From NCBI GenBank assembly GCA_964568665.1, contig CAZMPY010000005.1, positions 742 to 64,741 of the forward strand: 64,000 nucleotides of DNA. The letters are read 5' to 3'. The notes under the pieces are model-generated. The model was not told the origin of the DNA. It made no database searches and saw nothing but the letters and a program-made list of their open reading frames with translations. Of this stretch, positions 37,488-48,074 are shown one piece after another. Made by a program: the position numbers and the translations under genes. Within the stretch, counting starts at the first letter, position 1. Each line of letters starts with the position of its first letter. Source of the DNA: an uncultured Thermoplasmata archaeon (lineage in GTDB: Archaea > Thermoplasmatota > Thermoplasmata > UBA10834).

Positions 37488-37602
37488 TTTGCATCACTCG
37501 GCGGTTCTCGCCGATTGTGACAAGGCCGAGTAAGTACCAGCAAATTGGGGCATACATGTATTATAGTTTAAATACGGATGGCACATTCAGAGAAACGATG
37601 CC

Positions 37603-38262
37603 ATGAGAACGCTCACCCTGGAACTCGAGCCCTTCGAGACCGTGAAAGAGGAAATGGCCGAGACCTTCGTCAAAGTCCGCTCCTACTCGATACTCGAGAC
37701 TCTGAAGATGGACTACGAGGAAGGCATATGCATTGAGATTGTGGAGCTCACTCTGAAAGAGGGTGTGTCGATCCACGATATCAGGACAGTAGGCAACATG
37801 GAAATCCTGAGCGTCCTGAAGTCCATTGACAGCAAGCACACCTGCCTCACCAGATACACGGAACCGGAAAAGTCAAAAGGACAGTTCCAGGAATCCGACC
37901 TGGGTCTGGTGCACACAACACCCACAATCATCTCACCGGAGAAATTCACTCTCAGCATGATGGGAGAGCAGAAGAACCTGTCTGACTTTGTCGAGATGAT
38001 CAGGAACGCCGGCACCATACTGAAGATGTCCTTCAGGAGAGCCGCCTACCAGAAGGCTGACATCCTAGCTGTCCTGACCGACAAGCAGAGGGAAGTGATG
38101 GTAGCGGCGTTTCAGAACGGTTACTATGATTTTCCCAAGAAGATCAGCAGCAAGGAGCTGTGCCGGAAGGTCAGCATCAGCAAACCCACCCTCCTGCAGC
38201 ACATGAGGAAGGCCGAGGGGCGGATACTCAAGGAGATAATGACGGGGTACTCCAACGCTTAG
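37603..38262 (+). CDS. HTH_10 (bacterio-opsin-activator-type) transcriptional regulator
   Basis: The C-terminal LTDKQREVMVAAFQNGYYDFPKKISSKELCRKVSISKPTLLQHMRKAEGRILKEI is the typical HTH_10 signature. Confidence 0.8.
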   Translation: MRTLTLELEPFETVKEEMAETFVKVRSYSILETLKMDYEEGICIEIVELTLKEGVSIHDIRTVGNMEILSVLKSIDSKHTCLTRYTEPEKSKGQFQESDLGLVHTTPTIISPEKFTLSMMGEQKNLSDFVEMIRNAGTILKMSFRRAAYQKADILAVLTDKQREVMVAAFQNGYYDFPKKISSKELCRKVSISKPTLLQHMRKAEGRILKEIMTGYSNA

Positions 38263-38689
38263 AGTGATCACGGGTATGGCGGGACACGCAGGGGCTCCGT
38301 ACCGGCATTCGATTGAAAACCACCATCTGGCTTTACCATTGAGTTGGCCCGGGTCGACCAACTCAGCTCATACGATCGAAAAGCCCCATACTGAGGTTCA
38401 GAATCACCCGAAGTGCAGCTCGAGGACGAGTGCGCCAATCGTTGACGAAAAAGAGAACGCAAGAGGTTCTTATCTCGGTACCTGAAACCCCGAATTGAAA
38501 AATAGCCAGACGTCTCGGCTCATGTCCAGCTCAACGCGCCACCTATGGCTTGGACATTGCTGGGCACGGAGAGAGCATATGACCAGGTCATTCTAGGCGC
38601 CCATCAAGCCGCTGCATGAGGCCAATGGGACGGTCTTCCTCTGTCAGTTTCCTCAATCCGTGCTCCACTTGCTTTGGCCATAGAGAGCA

Positions 38690-39640
38690 TTAGGAGGACC
38701 GCGCTACAGTCACTGCAACTCCTCCCTTCTTATGTCCTTTGCCAACATACCTGTGAGCCTCGACGATCTCTTCAAGGCGATAGCATTTATCAACAATCGG
38801 TCTTATGTGTCCAGCTTCGACCAGCTCTTTGATTGAAGCAAGACGCTTGGAGTCCAACATCAGGTGTCCATCATCAATTGACACGTATCTTCCTCTTGGA
38901 GCAAGAGCTTTCTTGCATGCAACTTTCAATTTTGAAGTCTTTATCGTTCCAACGGCATCAAGCACGAGATCATATTGAACGCCTGGGTCCAAAGTGTCCA
39001 CTTTGGTGTAGTCAATCACAGCTTCAGCTCCCAGAGATTTCACCAACTCCAGATTTGTCGAACTGCACACTCCAGTAACTCTAGCTCCCAAGTGATTAGC
39101 TAATTGAACTGCCATTGTTCCTGACGTTCCTGAAGCTCCATAGATCAGTACCTTTTGTCCACGCTGGATGTTTCCTTTTTCGACATACTGAAATGCCAGA
39201 AGCCCACCATAAGCAGCCACGGTTGCTTCTTCATAGGAGATATTGACTGGCTTCATTGCCAAACAACCGTGCGTTGAATCTGTCTCTTTCATGCATTTAT
39301 ACTCAGCATAGGCGCCAAGTCCAAATCCTGTAAGCCCATAAACTTGGTCACCTGTTTTGAATCTCTTCACGTCTCTACCTGTTGATTCGATCTCTCCTGC
39401 TAACACCAATCCAATAATGGACTTCCTCGGCTTTGTCAAACCCATATAGAGGCGCATCGGAATGAGAAACTGGATAGGTATCTGAGAGCCTCGGATGAAG
39501 ATGTCACTTGCAGTCACAGCCGTTGCGTGTATCTTTATGAGGACTTCGTCATCCTTTGGAGTTGGTTTCTCTACTTCTCTCAATTGAAGAACTTCTGGTG
39601 GCCCGTATCTAGTGCATATGATTGCTTTCATTTTTTCCAT
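38690..39640 (-). CDS. MDR-family NAD(P)-dependent oxidoreductase, copy 3 (AT-richer)
   Basis: MKAIICTRYGPPEVL, GLVLAGEIESTG and LIYGASGTSGTMAVQLAN. GGAAGTGA lies upstream of the ATG at 39640. 13 nt downstream of the ABC permease stop. Confidence 0.8.
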   Translation of the reverse strand: MEKMKAIICTRYGPPEVLQLREVEKPTPKDDEVLIKIHATAVTASDIFIRGSQIPIQFLIPMRLYMGLTKPRKSIIGLVLAGEIESTGRDVKRFKTGDQVYGLTGFGLGAYAEYKCMKETDSTHGCLAMKPVNISYEEATVAAYGGLLAFQYVEKGNIQRGQKVLIYGASGTSGTMAVQLANHLGARVTGVCSSTNLELVKSLGAEAVIDYTKVDTLDPGVQYDLVLDAVGTIKTSKLKVACKKALAPRGRYVSIDDGHLMLDSKRLASIKELVEAGHIRPIVDKCYRLEEIVEAHRYVGKGHKKGGVAVTVARSS

Positions 39641-39653
39641 ATCATCACTTCCG

Positions 39654-40412
39654 CTAAGCAAGTTCCTTCTCCCTGAAGAGATACACTCCCAGGACGAGGA
39701 GGAAGACCGTCAACCCGAGCAGCAACGCAGCGGAACCCGACATGCTAGAAGCCTGATCCCACCTGCTGATGTCCCCGAATTCCAGCCATCCGGATCCCAG
39801 GCTCCTCAGGTAGTGCTTGACGGATGCGTTCTGGATCGCGCCGGACAGCGACCCGATGTACCCTTCCCAGATGAACGCATAGAAGAGGCCGACCATGACT
39901 GGTTTGTTGAACAACACGCTGATAGCAAGGAACAGCGACGAGTACACGAAAGAACCGATGACCACGAGCGCGACGATTACCACGTATGTCTCGAGCGTTT
40001 CAGATCCAAATCCGTGTTGTCCGAAGAAGGCGACGAAGCCCACGGAGCTGATTGCCACCATGGACAAGGCCACTGCTATCGCCAAAGGCAGGTAATAACC
40101 CACATATGAGAACGCGCGGTCCAGAGGGGCTGTCGCGACGTGCGTGATGCTCTTGTCGTCGATCTCATCGCGTATCAGAGCGGAGCCGAAGATCATCGCC
40201 ATCACTGGCATGAAGAAGAAGAGGATGAGAGTGTCTATCAGGTTCGTCCCATCTTCGAGGGGATTATCACTCTGTGACCCTGCGTAGGCCATGACTGCAG
40301 CTACGAACAGGGCGACGAGCATCGTTATGATCACCTTCTTGCCGAACAGCAGCTTCTTCAATAGATGGAATGTCAGCGCGTATATCCCGATGAGGCCCCT
40401 TTTCATATCCAT
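39654..40412 (-). CDS. ABC-2-type transporter permease
   Basis: Six hydrophobic segments. It follows its ATPase with a 4-nt gap. Confidence 0.65.
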   Translation of the reverse strand: MDMKRGLIGIYALTFHLLKKLLFGKKVIITMLVALFVAAVMAYAGSQSDNPLEDGTNLIDTLILFFFMPVMAMIFGSALIRDEIDDKSITHVATAPLDRAFSYVGYYLPLAIAVALSMVAISSVGFVAFFGQHGFGSETLETYVVIVALVVIGSFVYSSLFLAISVLFNKPVMVGLFYAFIWEGYIGSLSGAIQNASVKHYLRSLGSGWLEFGDISRWDQASSMSGSAALLLGLTVFLLVLGVYLFREKELA

Positions 40413-40416
40413 ACGT

Positions 40417-41367
40417 CTACCTCCCCACGAGATACCTGAAGACGGCTTCCAAGTTGTCGTCCAGGCTGTACATCTTGGTCACGGAGCATTTGGCCGTGTC
40501 GATGAGTGCCGGCAGGCCGTTGAAGAAATCATCGGGTCTTGACACTTGGACGGTCACGCTGTTCTTGTTGTCGTTATACGAAATGGACACGACATAGTCC
40601 TGGTCGAGCAGGAGCTTGGCCAGAGCGGTCGTCCCCTCACCCTCTATGATGATGTTGTGCGGATGCCTGTCCATGAGGTTCCTTATCTCCGATATGTCTC
40701 CGGACGCCACTGCTCTGCCTCTGTAGACCAACGCCACGTTGTGAGTCATCTGCTCAATCTCGAACAGTACGTGAGAGCTCACGATGATGTCGTGCCCGTG
40801 CTCCTTGTTGAGCCTCTTCACGAGATCGATGATGTTCTTCCGCACCAACGGGTCAGTACCGCTGAGCGGCTCGTCGAGAATGAGCAGCTCAGGGTCGTGG
40901 ATGAGCGCCCCCGCGATCTTCATCCTCTGCCTCATGCCCTTGCTGTAGCCCCCGGTCTTCCTGTCAAGGGCCTTGACCATCTCGACCAACTTGCCGACCT
41001 CATGGATGCGCTTCGACAGGTCAGTTCCGTGCATCATGTGTAGCCTTCCGACGAGGGTCAGATACTCTCTCCCGGTCGAGTCCGCAGGGAGCGATTCGTA
41101 GTCAGGGCAGAAGCCGATTGATGAGTGCAGGTCGGAGTTCTTCCATGGGCTCTTGCCGAGGACGGTGATGCTACCCGCATTTGGCTTGATCAGGCCCAAG
41201 ACGACCTTGAAGAAGGTGCTCTTGCCGGAGCCGTTGGGGCCGACGATGCCGGTTATGCCCGGCATGACTCTGAGCGCAAACTTGTTCAGGCCGATGACCT
41301 GCCCGTACCATTTGCTGAGGTCAGACGCCTGAATGATGGGCGCGATGTCATTCCCCTGGGCCGTCAC
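40417..41367 (-). CDS. ABC transporter ATP-binding protein
   Basis: Walker A GPNGSGKST, signature YSKGMRQR, Walker B LLILDEPLSG. Confidence 0.9.
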   Translation of the reverse strand: MTAQGNDIAPIIQASDLSKWYGQVIGLNKFALRVMPGITGIVGPNGSGKSTFFKVVLGLIKPNAGSITVLGKSPWKNSDLHSSIGFCPDYESLPADSTGREYLTLVGRLHMMHGTDLSKRIHEVGKLVEMVKALDRKTGGYSKGMRQRMKIAGALIHDPELLILDEPLSGTDPLVRKNIIDLVKRLNKEHGHDIIVSSHVLFEIEQMTHNVALVYRGRAVASGDISEIRNLMDRHPHNIIIEGEGTTALAKLLLDQDYVVSISYNDNKNSVTVQVSRPDDFFNGLPALIDTAKCSVTKMYSLDDNLEAVFRYLVGR

Positions 41368-42185
41368 TTGCCGACCACCTGCCTGATTAGTCTGAAGTAG
41401 ACAACGGCGGCCGGAACGATGATCAGGGACGCCAGGATCGCTACAAGGGCTCCCTTATCGACATAGCTGGGGACATCTCCCTCGAACACCCAACTGAAGA
41501 GGAATGACAGCGAATCGATCGGGCTGATGACTCTCCATCCCTGGGCGAACTCGGAGAACAGGGTCGCGACTATGGCCAGGACGAAGAACGACATGAAGGT
41601 GCCGACCGCTGCGTAGCTCTTCCTCTTGGTGAAGGACGACAGCATTAGGCCGTACGGCACGAAGAACAGGGTGACGAAGGCTCCGACCAATGCAGTCTTA
41701 CCCAGGATCCCGAGGCTGTCCGAGTAGTCGTTGCCGGTCTGGGTCGCCATCGACACGAAAGCGACGATGACCGGGGGAATGGCGCACAGGAGACTCATCA
41801 CGGCCAGCGCGCCAACAGTCTTGCCGGCCAGATAGTCTCTGATCTTGAGCGCTCTTGAGAAGTACAGCACGAACGAGTTGCTCGCCAAGTCCTCCGCTAT
41901 GAGGTCGGAGGTCACGACAGCGGCCAGTAACATCGCGAAAATCGCAAAGAAGCCGCTGCCCAGGTAGGTGTTCATGTCGGAGGCAGTCAGACTCTCGTGA
42001 GAAACGAGGACAATCATTATCAGGTACTGTGTATGGACGAGCAGGAACCCGAGAACGAGGAGAGCGATCACGCCGAGCGACCTGACCTTGTGTCTGATGA
42101 TGCTTCTAGCGATGACGTAGAATCGAAGGTTCTGGGCGGTCCTCTCACCCTTCCAGGGGCGATACTCGATAGGGTTAATGCCCAT
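41364..42185 (-). CDS. ABC-2-type transporter permease
   Basis: Multi-TM protein overlapping both flanking ATPase genes (4 nt and 11 nt). Confidence 0.65.
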   Translation of the reverse strand: MGINPIEYRPWKGERTAQNLRFYVIARSIIRHKVRSLGVIALLVLGFLLVHTQYLIMIVLVSHESLTASDMNTYLGSGFFAIFAMLLAAVVTSDLIAEDLASNSFVLYFSRALKIRDYLAGKTVGALAVMSLLCAIPPVIVAFVSMATQTGNDYSDSLGILGKTALVGAFVTLFFVPYGLMLSSFTKRKSYAAVGTFMSFFVLAIVATLFSEFAQGWRVISPIDSLSFLFSWVFEGDVPSYVDKGALVAILASLIIVPAAVVYFRLIRQVVGK

Positions 42186-43146
42186 CTCTCATGCCCCCTT
42201 CGAAAGCGCGCAGGAACACCTCTTCGAGGTCCAGCATCTCCGGGTGGAAACTCCTCACCTGGACTCCCTTCTCTGCTGCCAATAGGAAGACCGTCTTCCC
42301 GTCATCACATCCTCGGACCAGCAAAGTGATCTGATCTCCGGGCTCGTCCTCCCTGTCAACTATTTGGCAGACCTGCTCCAGAGCCTGGATATATCGTGAC
42401 AAAGCCGGCGCGCTGCCTCGAATGGTAAGGCTCCGGACTCCCTCTTCGCCGGTCAGGAGAGTCTTCATATCACCGGAACGGACCAGCTTTCCGTTGTCGA
42501 TTATGACTGCGTAGTCGCAGATCCGCTCGACCTCCTGAAGGATATGAGACGAGACTATGATCGTCTTCTCGGATGACGCCATCTTCTTCACAAGGGCGAG
42601 CAACTCCTCCCGTCCCTGGGGGTCCATGCCGCTGGTCGGCTCGTCAAGGAACATGAGCTTGGGATCGTGGACTATCGCTTGCGCGAGCTTCACCTTCTGC
42701 TTCATGCCAGTGGAGTAAGACTTGATCGGTCTGTACCTCTCTTCACCGATCCCTACAAAATCCAGCATCTCATGGCTGCGCTGCATCGCGTCAATGGACT
42801 CCATGCCCGAGATCATTCCCAGATAGGACACTAGCTCCACCGCGTTGACGGAGGATATCAGGCAATCGTGTTCGGGCATGTAGCCGATGCTGTCTCGAAT
42901 CTGGAGACTCTGGACTTGGGAGTCCAGTCCGCCGACTGATATTGTTCCTTTGTCAAGGGTGAGGAGTCCCAGAGAAGCCTTGATGAAAGTGCTCTTACCC
43001 GCCCCGTTCGGTCCTAAGAGGCCGACGATTCCTCGAGGGATATCCGCAGTGAACCCGTCGAGAGCCGTCACCGTCCCGAAGCTGACGGACACATCTCTAG
43101 CTGAGACGTGTATCAGATTCTCATTGGAGGCCGTCTGCCCTATCAT
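42175..43146 (-). CDS. ABC transporter ATP-binding protein
   Basis: Walker A GPNGAGKST, signature YSTGMKQK, Walker B LMFLDEPTSGMD. Confidence 0.9.
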   Translation of the reverse strand: MIGQTASNENLIHVSARDVSVSFGTVTALDGFTADIPRGIVGLLGPNGAGKSTFIKASLGLLTLDKGTISVGGLDSQVQSLQIRDSIGYMPEHDCLISSVNAVELVSYLGMISGMESIDAMQRSHEMLDFVGIGEERYRPIKSYSTGMKQKVKLAQAIVHDPKLMFLDEPTSGMDPQGREELLALVKKMASSEKTIIVSSHILQEVERICDYAVIIDNGKLVRSGDMKTLLTGEEGVRSLTIRGSAPALSRYIQALEQVCQIVDREDEPGDQITLLVRGCDDGKTVFLLAAEKGVQVRSFHPEMLDLEEVFLRAFEGGMRDGH

Positions 43147-43278
43147 CGGTCAGGGGAGGCGCTCGGATGATTTAAGCGTATTCGAGTGTTCCCTCAAGAA
43201 ACCGCAATGAGAACTGAATCAAGGAAAGAGAAGAAGGGTTTAGCTCGGTGCTAGAATCGCGAAATTGAAATTTGGCCA

Positions 43279-43872
43279 GTGTTCAAAATCCAAACCCGGC
43301 TCCCTGCACACAAAGGCGAGACCATTATCTTATGCCACGCGGTTCTCAGAGCCGTGGTAGACTCGATCGAGTACGAGGTCGAGAGGTCCGACAGGTCTCT
43401 GGAGATCCGCAGATACCCGAGCATGGTCCTCGCGACGGTGTACGGCCGCTCCGACTACGACGCCTTCAGCATATTGTTCGATTACATCTCAGGCGACAAC
43501 ACGCCCAGAAGCAAGATACCCATGACCGCCCCCGTGATATCCTCTGAGAAGATAGCCATGACCGTCCCTGTGATATCCGACGGCCGGTCCTTCTCGTTCG
43601 TGATGCCCTCGGGTCAAGGCGCGGACACGATCCCTGAGCCCCGGGATGCGAGGGTGAAACTCGAGGCGTTCCCCGCGAGGAGGATGGCAGTGGTCAGGTT
43701 CCGAGGCCGCGCGCGGGAGAAGGCCGTCAGGGAGAGGACCTCCGAACTCATATCGTACGTTGAGGGCCTGGGCCTGAAGGTCAAGGGAGAGCCGTCCCTG
43801 ATGAGGTACAACCCGCCCTTCACGCCGGGGTTCCTGAGAAGGAACGAGCTGGCGGTCGAGGTCGCACAGTAG
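43279..43872 (+). CDS. SOUL heme-binding family protein
   Basis: IEYEV..LEIRRYPSMVLATV, FSILFDYISGDN..IPMTAPV (twice), and a C-terminal YNPPFTPGFLRRNE block. The real start may be the GTG at 43354, because the 5' end of the ORF runs through the att remnant. Confidence 0.75.
   Translation: MFKIQTRLPAHKGETIILCHAVLRAVVDSIEYEVERSDRSLEIRRYPSMVLATVYGRSDYDAFSILFDYISGDNTPRSKIPMTAPVISSEKIAMTVPVISDGRSFSFVMPSGQGADTIPEPRDARVKLEAFPARRMAVVRFRGRAREKAVRERTSELISYVEGLGLKVKGEPSLMRYNPPFTPGFLRRNELAVEVAQ
43281..43310 (+). repeat. Degenerate copy of the tRNA-Leu 3' half (att remnant between island A and islet B)
   Basis: GTTCAAA(atccaaac)CCGGCTCCCTGCACA compared with tRNA GGTTCAAATCCGGCTCCCTGCACA. Confidence 0.75.
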
Positions 43873-45962
43873 ATCGGCGGCCTCCCTTGTGGACCGTACC
43901 CTTCGGACCGAGCTCAGCCGGCCGTCCTGACCGGCGCGGTCCAGGCGGTTATCCTTCAATCTCCCCGTTCAGAGGCGACACAGTCGTCACCCGGACGAAG
44001 AAGTACTTCAACTGTGACTCTCCGCGTGATGCGCGGTGCGGGAGTCCCATCCGTCACTCCGGGAACATGTCCGCCGACAACTGCTAATACGGCCGCGGCC
44101 CCTAGCTGACCCGGGTTCAGGAGGACATGAGCATGACCAGTCCGAAGAAGCGGAGAAGGGGCCTCACCACGGCGTTCGGGAGGCCCGTGGGAGACGACCA
44201 GAACAGCGAGACCGCGGGTGCGCGCGGCCCAGTCCTCATGCAGGACTCGCACCTGCTCGAGAAGCTAGGGCATTTCGACCGCGAGCGAATACCCGAGCGC
44301 GTCGTGCACGCGAAGGGCGCCGGGGCTCACGGCTACTTCGAGGTCACGGCCGATGTCTCGAGGTACACCAAGGCGAAGTTCCTGTCCAAGGTCGGCAAGA
44401 GGACCGAGGTCTTCGTCCGGTTCTCCACCGTGGGCGGGGAGAAGGGCTCGGCCGACGCCGAGCGCGATCCGCGGGGCTTCGCGGTCAAGTTCTACACCGA
44501 GGAGGGCAACTACGACCTCGTGGGGAACAACACCCCGGTGTTCTTCATCAGGGACCCGCTCAAGTTCCCCGACTTCATACACACGCAGAAGAGGAACCCG
44601 GCCACGAACCTCAAGGACCCGGACATGTTCTGGGATTTCCTGTCCCTGACGCCGGAGTCGGTGCACCAGGTCACTATCCTGTTCTCCGACAGGGGCACCC
44701 CCGCGACCTTCAGGAACATGAACGGCTACAGCAGCCACGCCTACAGGTGGTACAACGAGAAGGGGGAGCAGTCCTGGGTGCAGTACCACTTCAAGACCGA
44801 CCAAGGAATCAAGAACCTGACTAGGCAGGAGGCGGACGCCATGAGGTCGAAGGACCCTGACCACGCGACGAGGGACCTGCGCAACGCCATCGAACGGGGC
44901 GAGTATCCCTCATGGACCCTGGAGATGCAGATAATGCCGGCCGACAAGGCCGAGGACTACAGGTGGGACGTGTTCGACATCACCAAGGTGTGGCCCCACG
45001 GCGACTACCCGACCATGAAGATCGGGAAGCTCGTCCTGAACAGGAACCCGGTGAACTACTTCGCCGAGGTGGAGCAGGCGGCCTTCGCGCCCAGCAACTT
45101 CGTCCCCGGGATAGGGCCGTCGCCGGACAAGCTCCTCCAGGGGAGACTCTTCTCGTACCACGACACGCACCTCCACAGGCTCGGCCCGAACTACCAGCTC
45201 ATACCCGTGAACGCCCCGAGGAACGCACAGGAGCTGAACTACCAGCGGGACGGGGCGATGAGGGTCGATGCAGGCGGCGGCGCCGGCCCGAACTACTGGC
45301 CAAACACCATGGGCGGGCCCGGGCCCGACATGGCCGTGAAGGACCCCGCGTTCGACGTCTCCGGGAAGGCCGAGAGACAACCCTACGCCCACCCGAACGA
45401 CGACTTCGCCCAGCCAGGGGCGCTGTACAGGGAGGTGATGACCGGGAAGGACCGGGAACACCTCGTGGGCAACATCGTGGCCCACCTCGGCGGCGCGCAG
45501 AAGCGGATACAGCTCAGGCAGGCCGCCCTGTTCTTCAAGGTGGACCCGGACTACGGCAGCAGGGTGGCCAAGGGGCTCGGCCTCAGTGTCAAGGAGGTCG
45601 AGAGGCTCGCGAAGATGTCCCAGGAGGACCGCGTCAAGACGACGAGCTGACGCGGCGCGCCGGCCGTATCCTCAGGGGACTCCCCCGCGCTACGACGACA
45701 GCCCGAGGGCCGTGTCGGAGTCGAACAGGGCGGAGACGGCGGAGGCCGAATACATCTTGTACTTCGGAGACCCGCACTCGCACGAGTCCTACTCGGACGG
45801 CACCGCCCTGACGAACGACGCGCACGCGAAGGCGATGGGCGCGGACTTCAGCTTCGTCTTCGCCCCGGAAGACAGGAACTGATCCCGCGGCCGGAGCCCG
45901 TGATGGAACATCGAGCCGTGCGGGGCCATCCAGCCTGATTGAAAGCGAACTGGACGTCGCGT
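43311..45962. mobile_element. Islet B (SOUL protein plus catalase) between two att remnants
   Basis: Flanked by tRNA-Leu 3'-half copies at 43281-43310 and 45971-46018. Confidence 0.5.
44127..45650 (+). CDS. katA: Monofunctional heme catalase (small-subunit, clade-3-like)
   Basis: Active-site [23 protein letters not shown] and the proximal heme-ligand signature [14 protein letters not shown]. Confidence 0.95.
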   Translation: MSMTSPKKRRRGLTTAFGRPVGDDQNSETAGARGPVLMQDSHLLEKLGHFDRERIPERVVHAKGAGAHGYFEVTADVSRYTKAKFLSKVGKRTEVFVRFSTVGGEKGSADAERDPRGFAVKFYTEEGNYDLVGNNTPVFFIRDPLKFPDFIHTQKRNPATNLKDPDMFWDFLSLTPESVHQVTILFSDRGTPATFRNMNGYSSHAYRWYNEKGEQSWVQYHFKTDQGIKNLTRQEADAMRSKDPDHATRDLRNAIERGEYPSWTLEMQIMPADKAEDYRWDVFDITKVWPHGDYPTMKIGKLVLNRNPVNYFAEVEQAAFAPSNFVPGIGPSPDKLLQGRLFSYHDTHLHRLGPNYQLIPVNAPRNAQELNYQRDGAMRVDAGGGAGPNYWPNTMGGPGPDMAVKDPAFDVSGKAERQPYAHPNDDFAQPGALYREVMTGKDREHLVGNIVAHLGGAQKRIQLRQAALFFKVDPDYGSRVAKGLGLSVKEVERLAKMSQEDRVKTTS

Positions 45963-45970
45963 ATAAAAGT

Positions 45971-46018
45971 CGGTTCCCTGCACATCTATATCCTGTGCCC
46001 TTCTCAATCCGCAACCTT
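45971..46018 (+). repeat. att copy (attL of island C1) overlapping the integrase 3' end
   Basis: CGGTTCCCTGCACATCTATATCCTGTGCCCTTCTCAATCCGCAACCTT is near-identical to 34887-34935. The last six integrase codons (QKVAD-stop) lie inside it. Confidence 0.8.
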
Positions 46019-47002
46019 CTGTGCAGAAGTCTTCGCGCGGTGAGCGGACTCGTACGCCTCGTCGAGGATCCGGAAGGCGTGGTCGGCCCGTATCCTCGCG
46101 TAGTAGAGCTCGGTCGTGCGTGTGGTCTTGTGCCTCAGCGCCCTAGAGACCGCGTCGGGGCGGCCGCCCCAGTCTATACACATCTGCCCGAATGTCGCCC
46201 GGAGGGTCTGGATCCGGAACCTGATCCCCGTCCACCTCTCGGCATCCTTCTTGACCTTGCCCCACATCCCGTCGGTCCAGTATTCCGCGGCGCCTTCCGT
46301 GATCTTCGGGACCAGGGCCTCGCACGACTCGACATCCTGCTCGGCCAGATATCGTTGCCTCGTCTCCAGGAACTCGATGACCGTCCCGCGCGCGGGGCGC
46401 AGGATCCGGGCGGGGGCAGCGACGGCCCATCTGCCCTCGCCCTTGGGGTGGGTGACGACGATGGTCCATGTGTCGACGCTCAGGTCCTCCAACCTCGCCA
46501 GGCGCAGTTCAGACCTCCTGAGCCCAGAATACGCGTACATCGCCACCATGAACCGCGCCATCGCGCCATGATAGCCCGGCATTTCCCTCAGCCTCGAGCG
46601 CAACTCCTCGACTCTCGATTCTGACATCACCCTGACCTCTGGAGGCACCTTCTTGGGGAAGCGCACGATGCGCATCTTCCTCATCTGGTCGATGATCCCG
46701 TTGTTCTCGAACCTGAGGAACCCATTGAGGTATTCGATGTAGTTCACCTGGGTCCCGTATGCAAGGCCAGTGCCGAGACGGGTCTTTCTCCTTCTCATCC
46801 ACTCCAAGAAGGCTGCGATGTCGGCCTCTGTCAGCTTCCTGGGGTCGGTCGTGCCGACCTTGCCGTCCCTCCTCAGCTCGAGGAAGGCGCCGCGTATGGA
46901 CCTGAAACCCCGTTCCATGACGTCCAGGGTTCTAGGTGAATAATAACTCGTCATCGCCCCGAGGTAGGTCTGCTGAAGTCGGATCCACGGATCTCTGCCC
47001 AC
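46004..47002 (-). CDS. int: Tyrosine-type site-specific integrase
   Basis: GLRRSELRLARLEDL (catalytic Arg region), LRATFG, and ALRHKTTRTTELYYARI (His-x-x-Arg and Tyr). Adjacent to the att site. Confidence 0.85.
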   Translation of the reverse strand: MGRDPWIRLQQTYLGAMTSYYSPRTLDVMERGFRSIRGAFLELRRDGKVGTTDPRKLTEADIAAFLEWMRRRKTRLGTGLAYGTQVNYIEYLNGFLRFENNGIIDQMRKMRIVRFPKKVPPEVRVMSESRVEELRSRLREMPGYHGAMARFMVAMYAYSGLRRSELRLARLEDLSVDTWTIVVTHPKGEGRWAVAAPARILRPARGTVIEFLETRQRYLAEQDVESCEALVPKITEGAAEYWTDGMWGKVKKDAERWTGIRFRIQTLRATFGQMCIDWGGRPDAVSRALRHKTTRTTELYYARIRADHAFRILDEAYESAHRAKTSAQKVAD

Positions 47003-47053
47003 GGCGCTCCTACACGCCTAGGGCCATAGTCATGGTTTGGACTACCTGTAACG

Positions 47054-47395
47054 CTACCTCTTCTTGAGTTCCTCGACCTTGCCCTTCTCGAGGACCTCCG
47101 AGATGGTGCGACCAAGCGCCGCGGAGAGCCTCTGGCCGGCCACGTGGGTCATGTACACCCTGACCCCGCTCACGACCATGCGGCCGTCCTTCTTCACACC
47201 GGGCATCTCCAGGAAGTCGATGTAGAGGTCTCGCGGCGTGACCTGGATATAGGCCAGGTTCGAGTACTTCGTGGTGTCGATGTCCGTGACGACGTCCTTC
47301 GCGTCGAACTCGTATATCCCCCTCAGGTCGACCGCGACCTTCGAATCCCCGGGAGGCGGGACCTCCTTTGCTTCAGACTTCTTCCTACCTGCCAT
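47054..47395 (-). CDS. Hypothetical protein, possibly DUF3467-like
   Basis: YSNLAYIQVTPRDLYIDFLEMPG...VRVYMTHVAGQRLSAAL resembles my recollection of DUF3467. Not verified. Confidence 0.45.
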   Translation of the reverse strand: MAGRKKSEAKEVPPPGDSKVAVDLRGIYEFDAKDVVTDIDTTKYSNLAYIQVTPRDLYIDFLEMPGVKKDGRMVVSGVRVYMTHVAGQRLSAALGRTISEVLEKGKVEELKKR

Positions 47396-47398
47396 TTC

Positions 47399-47941
47399 CT
47401 ACACCCCTACTGCAGCGACGACGTACCTCGGATCGGCTGAGAACGACCTTCCGGCGATATCCTGGTAGGATTCGCCCGTCACGCCGGCGACCCCTACTGG
47501 CTCGAATTCGAGATATGATGAGTGGGTCGTCTCGTAGTAGTACTTGACCGCGTCCCCGAGGTGGTCCTCGCCGCAGTTGTCGTCCAGAACCGCATAGCTG
47601 AGGAACATCAGTGCTACCAGCCTCTTCGAGTCCAAGTTCACTTGGTAGACGGGCCGCATTCTCCTGCGAGAGATGTTTCTGACGATTCCGAGCCTGACCA
47701 GGGCGGCGACGGCTTCTCGGACGGTCGGCTCCGTGAGCTCCGTCAGCTCAGTGAGGTCCCTCGGCGTGTAGGTCGAATACGGATCAGCGACCAGCTCCTG
47801 GAGCACCCTCTGCTGGGAGAGGTTTCCGAACAATCCTTCGAACGGAACGTCGGCCATGCCTTCAACGGCTCGTCCCGAGTCCTCGCTCAGTTTCCTCTTC
47901 ACGACCATGTCGGAACACTTCTCAGTCACATCAATATTCAA
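47399..47941 (-). CDS. Winged-helix DNA-binding protein (putative island regulator)
   Basis: YTPRDLTELTELTEPTVREAVAALVRLGIVRNIS is wHTH-like. 3 nt upstream of the next gene. Confidence 0.55.
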   Translation of the reverse strand: MNIDVTEKCSDMVVKRKLSEDSGRAVEGMADVPFEGLFGNLSQQRVLQELVADPYSTYTPRDLTELTELTEPTVREAVAALVRLGIVRNISRRRMRPVYQVNLDSKRLVALMFLSYAVLDDNCGEDHLGDAVKYYYETTHSSYLEFEPVGVAGVTGESYQDIAGRSFSADPRYVVAAVGV

Positions 47942-48074
47942 CCGTATATATCTTTTTTGTTACAGTAATTCTTCTTTCCGTTTCAAATGCTGGGCATGAT
48001 GCAGCACCTTCATGTCGTAGGCCTTTGCCAACTCATCCACCCAGCAGACTGGAATGCGGGTTCCGTTCATCCGT

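Larger units (their letters stand above)
34899..43310. mobile_element. Genomic island A (integrase-less remnant), bounded by tRNA-Leu and a degenerate tRNA 3'-half copy
   Basis: Direct repeats at both ends. A relic of the last integrase codons lies next to the tRNA. The cargo is AT-richer by eye, especially 37.5-43.2 kb. Confidence 0.65.

Noticed and set aside
44036-45811. Alternative-frame ORFs (44036-44824, 44912-45811, 44265-44864 and others) overlapping the catalase gene
   Set aside because: The catalase frame carries both PROSITE-type catalase signatures. The others are Arg/Gly/Pro-rich shadows.
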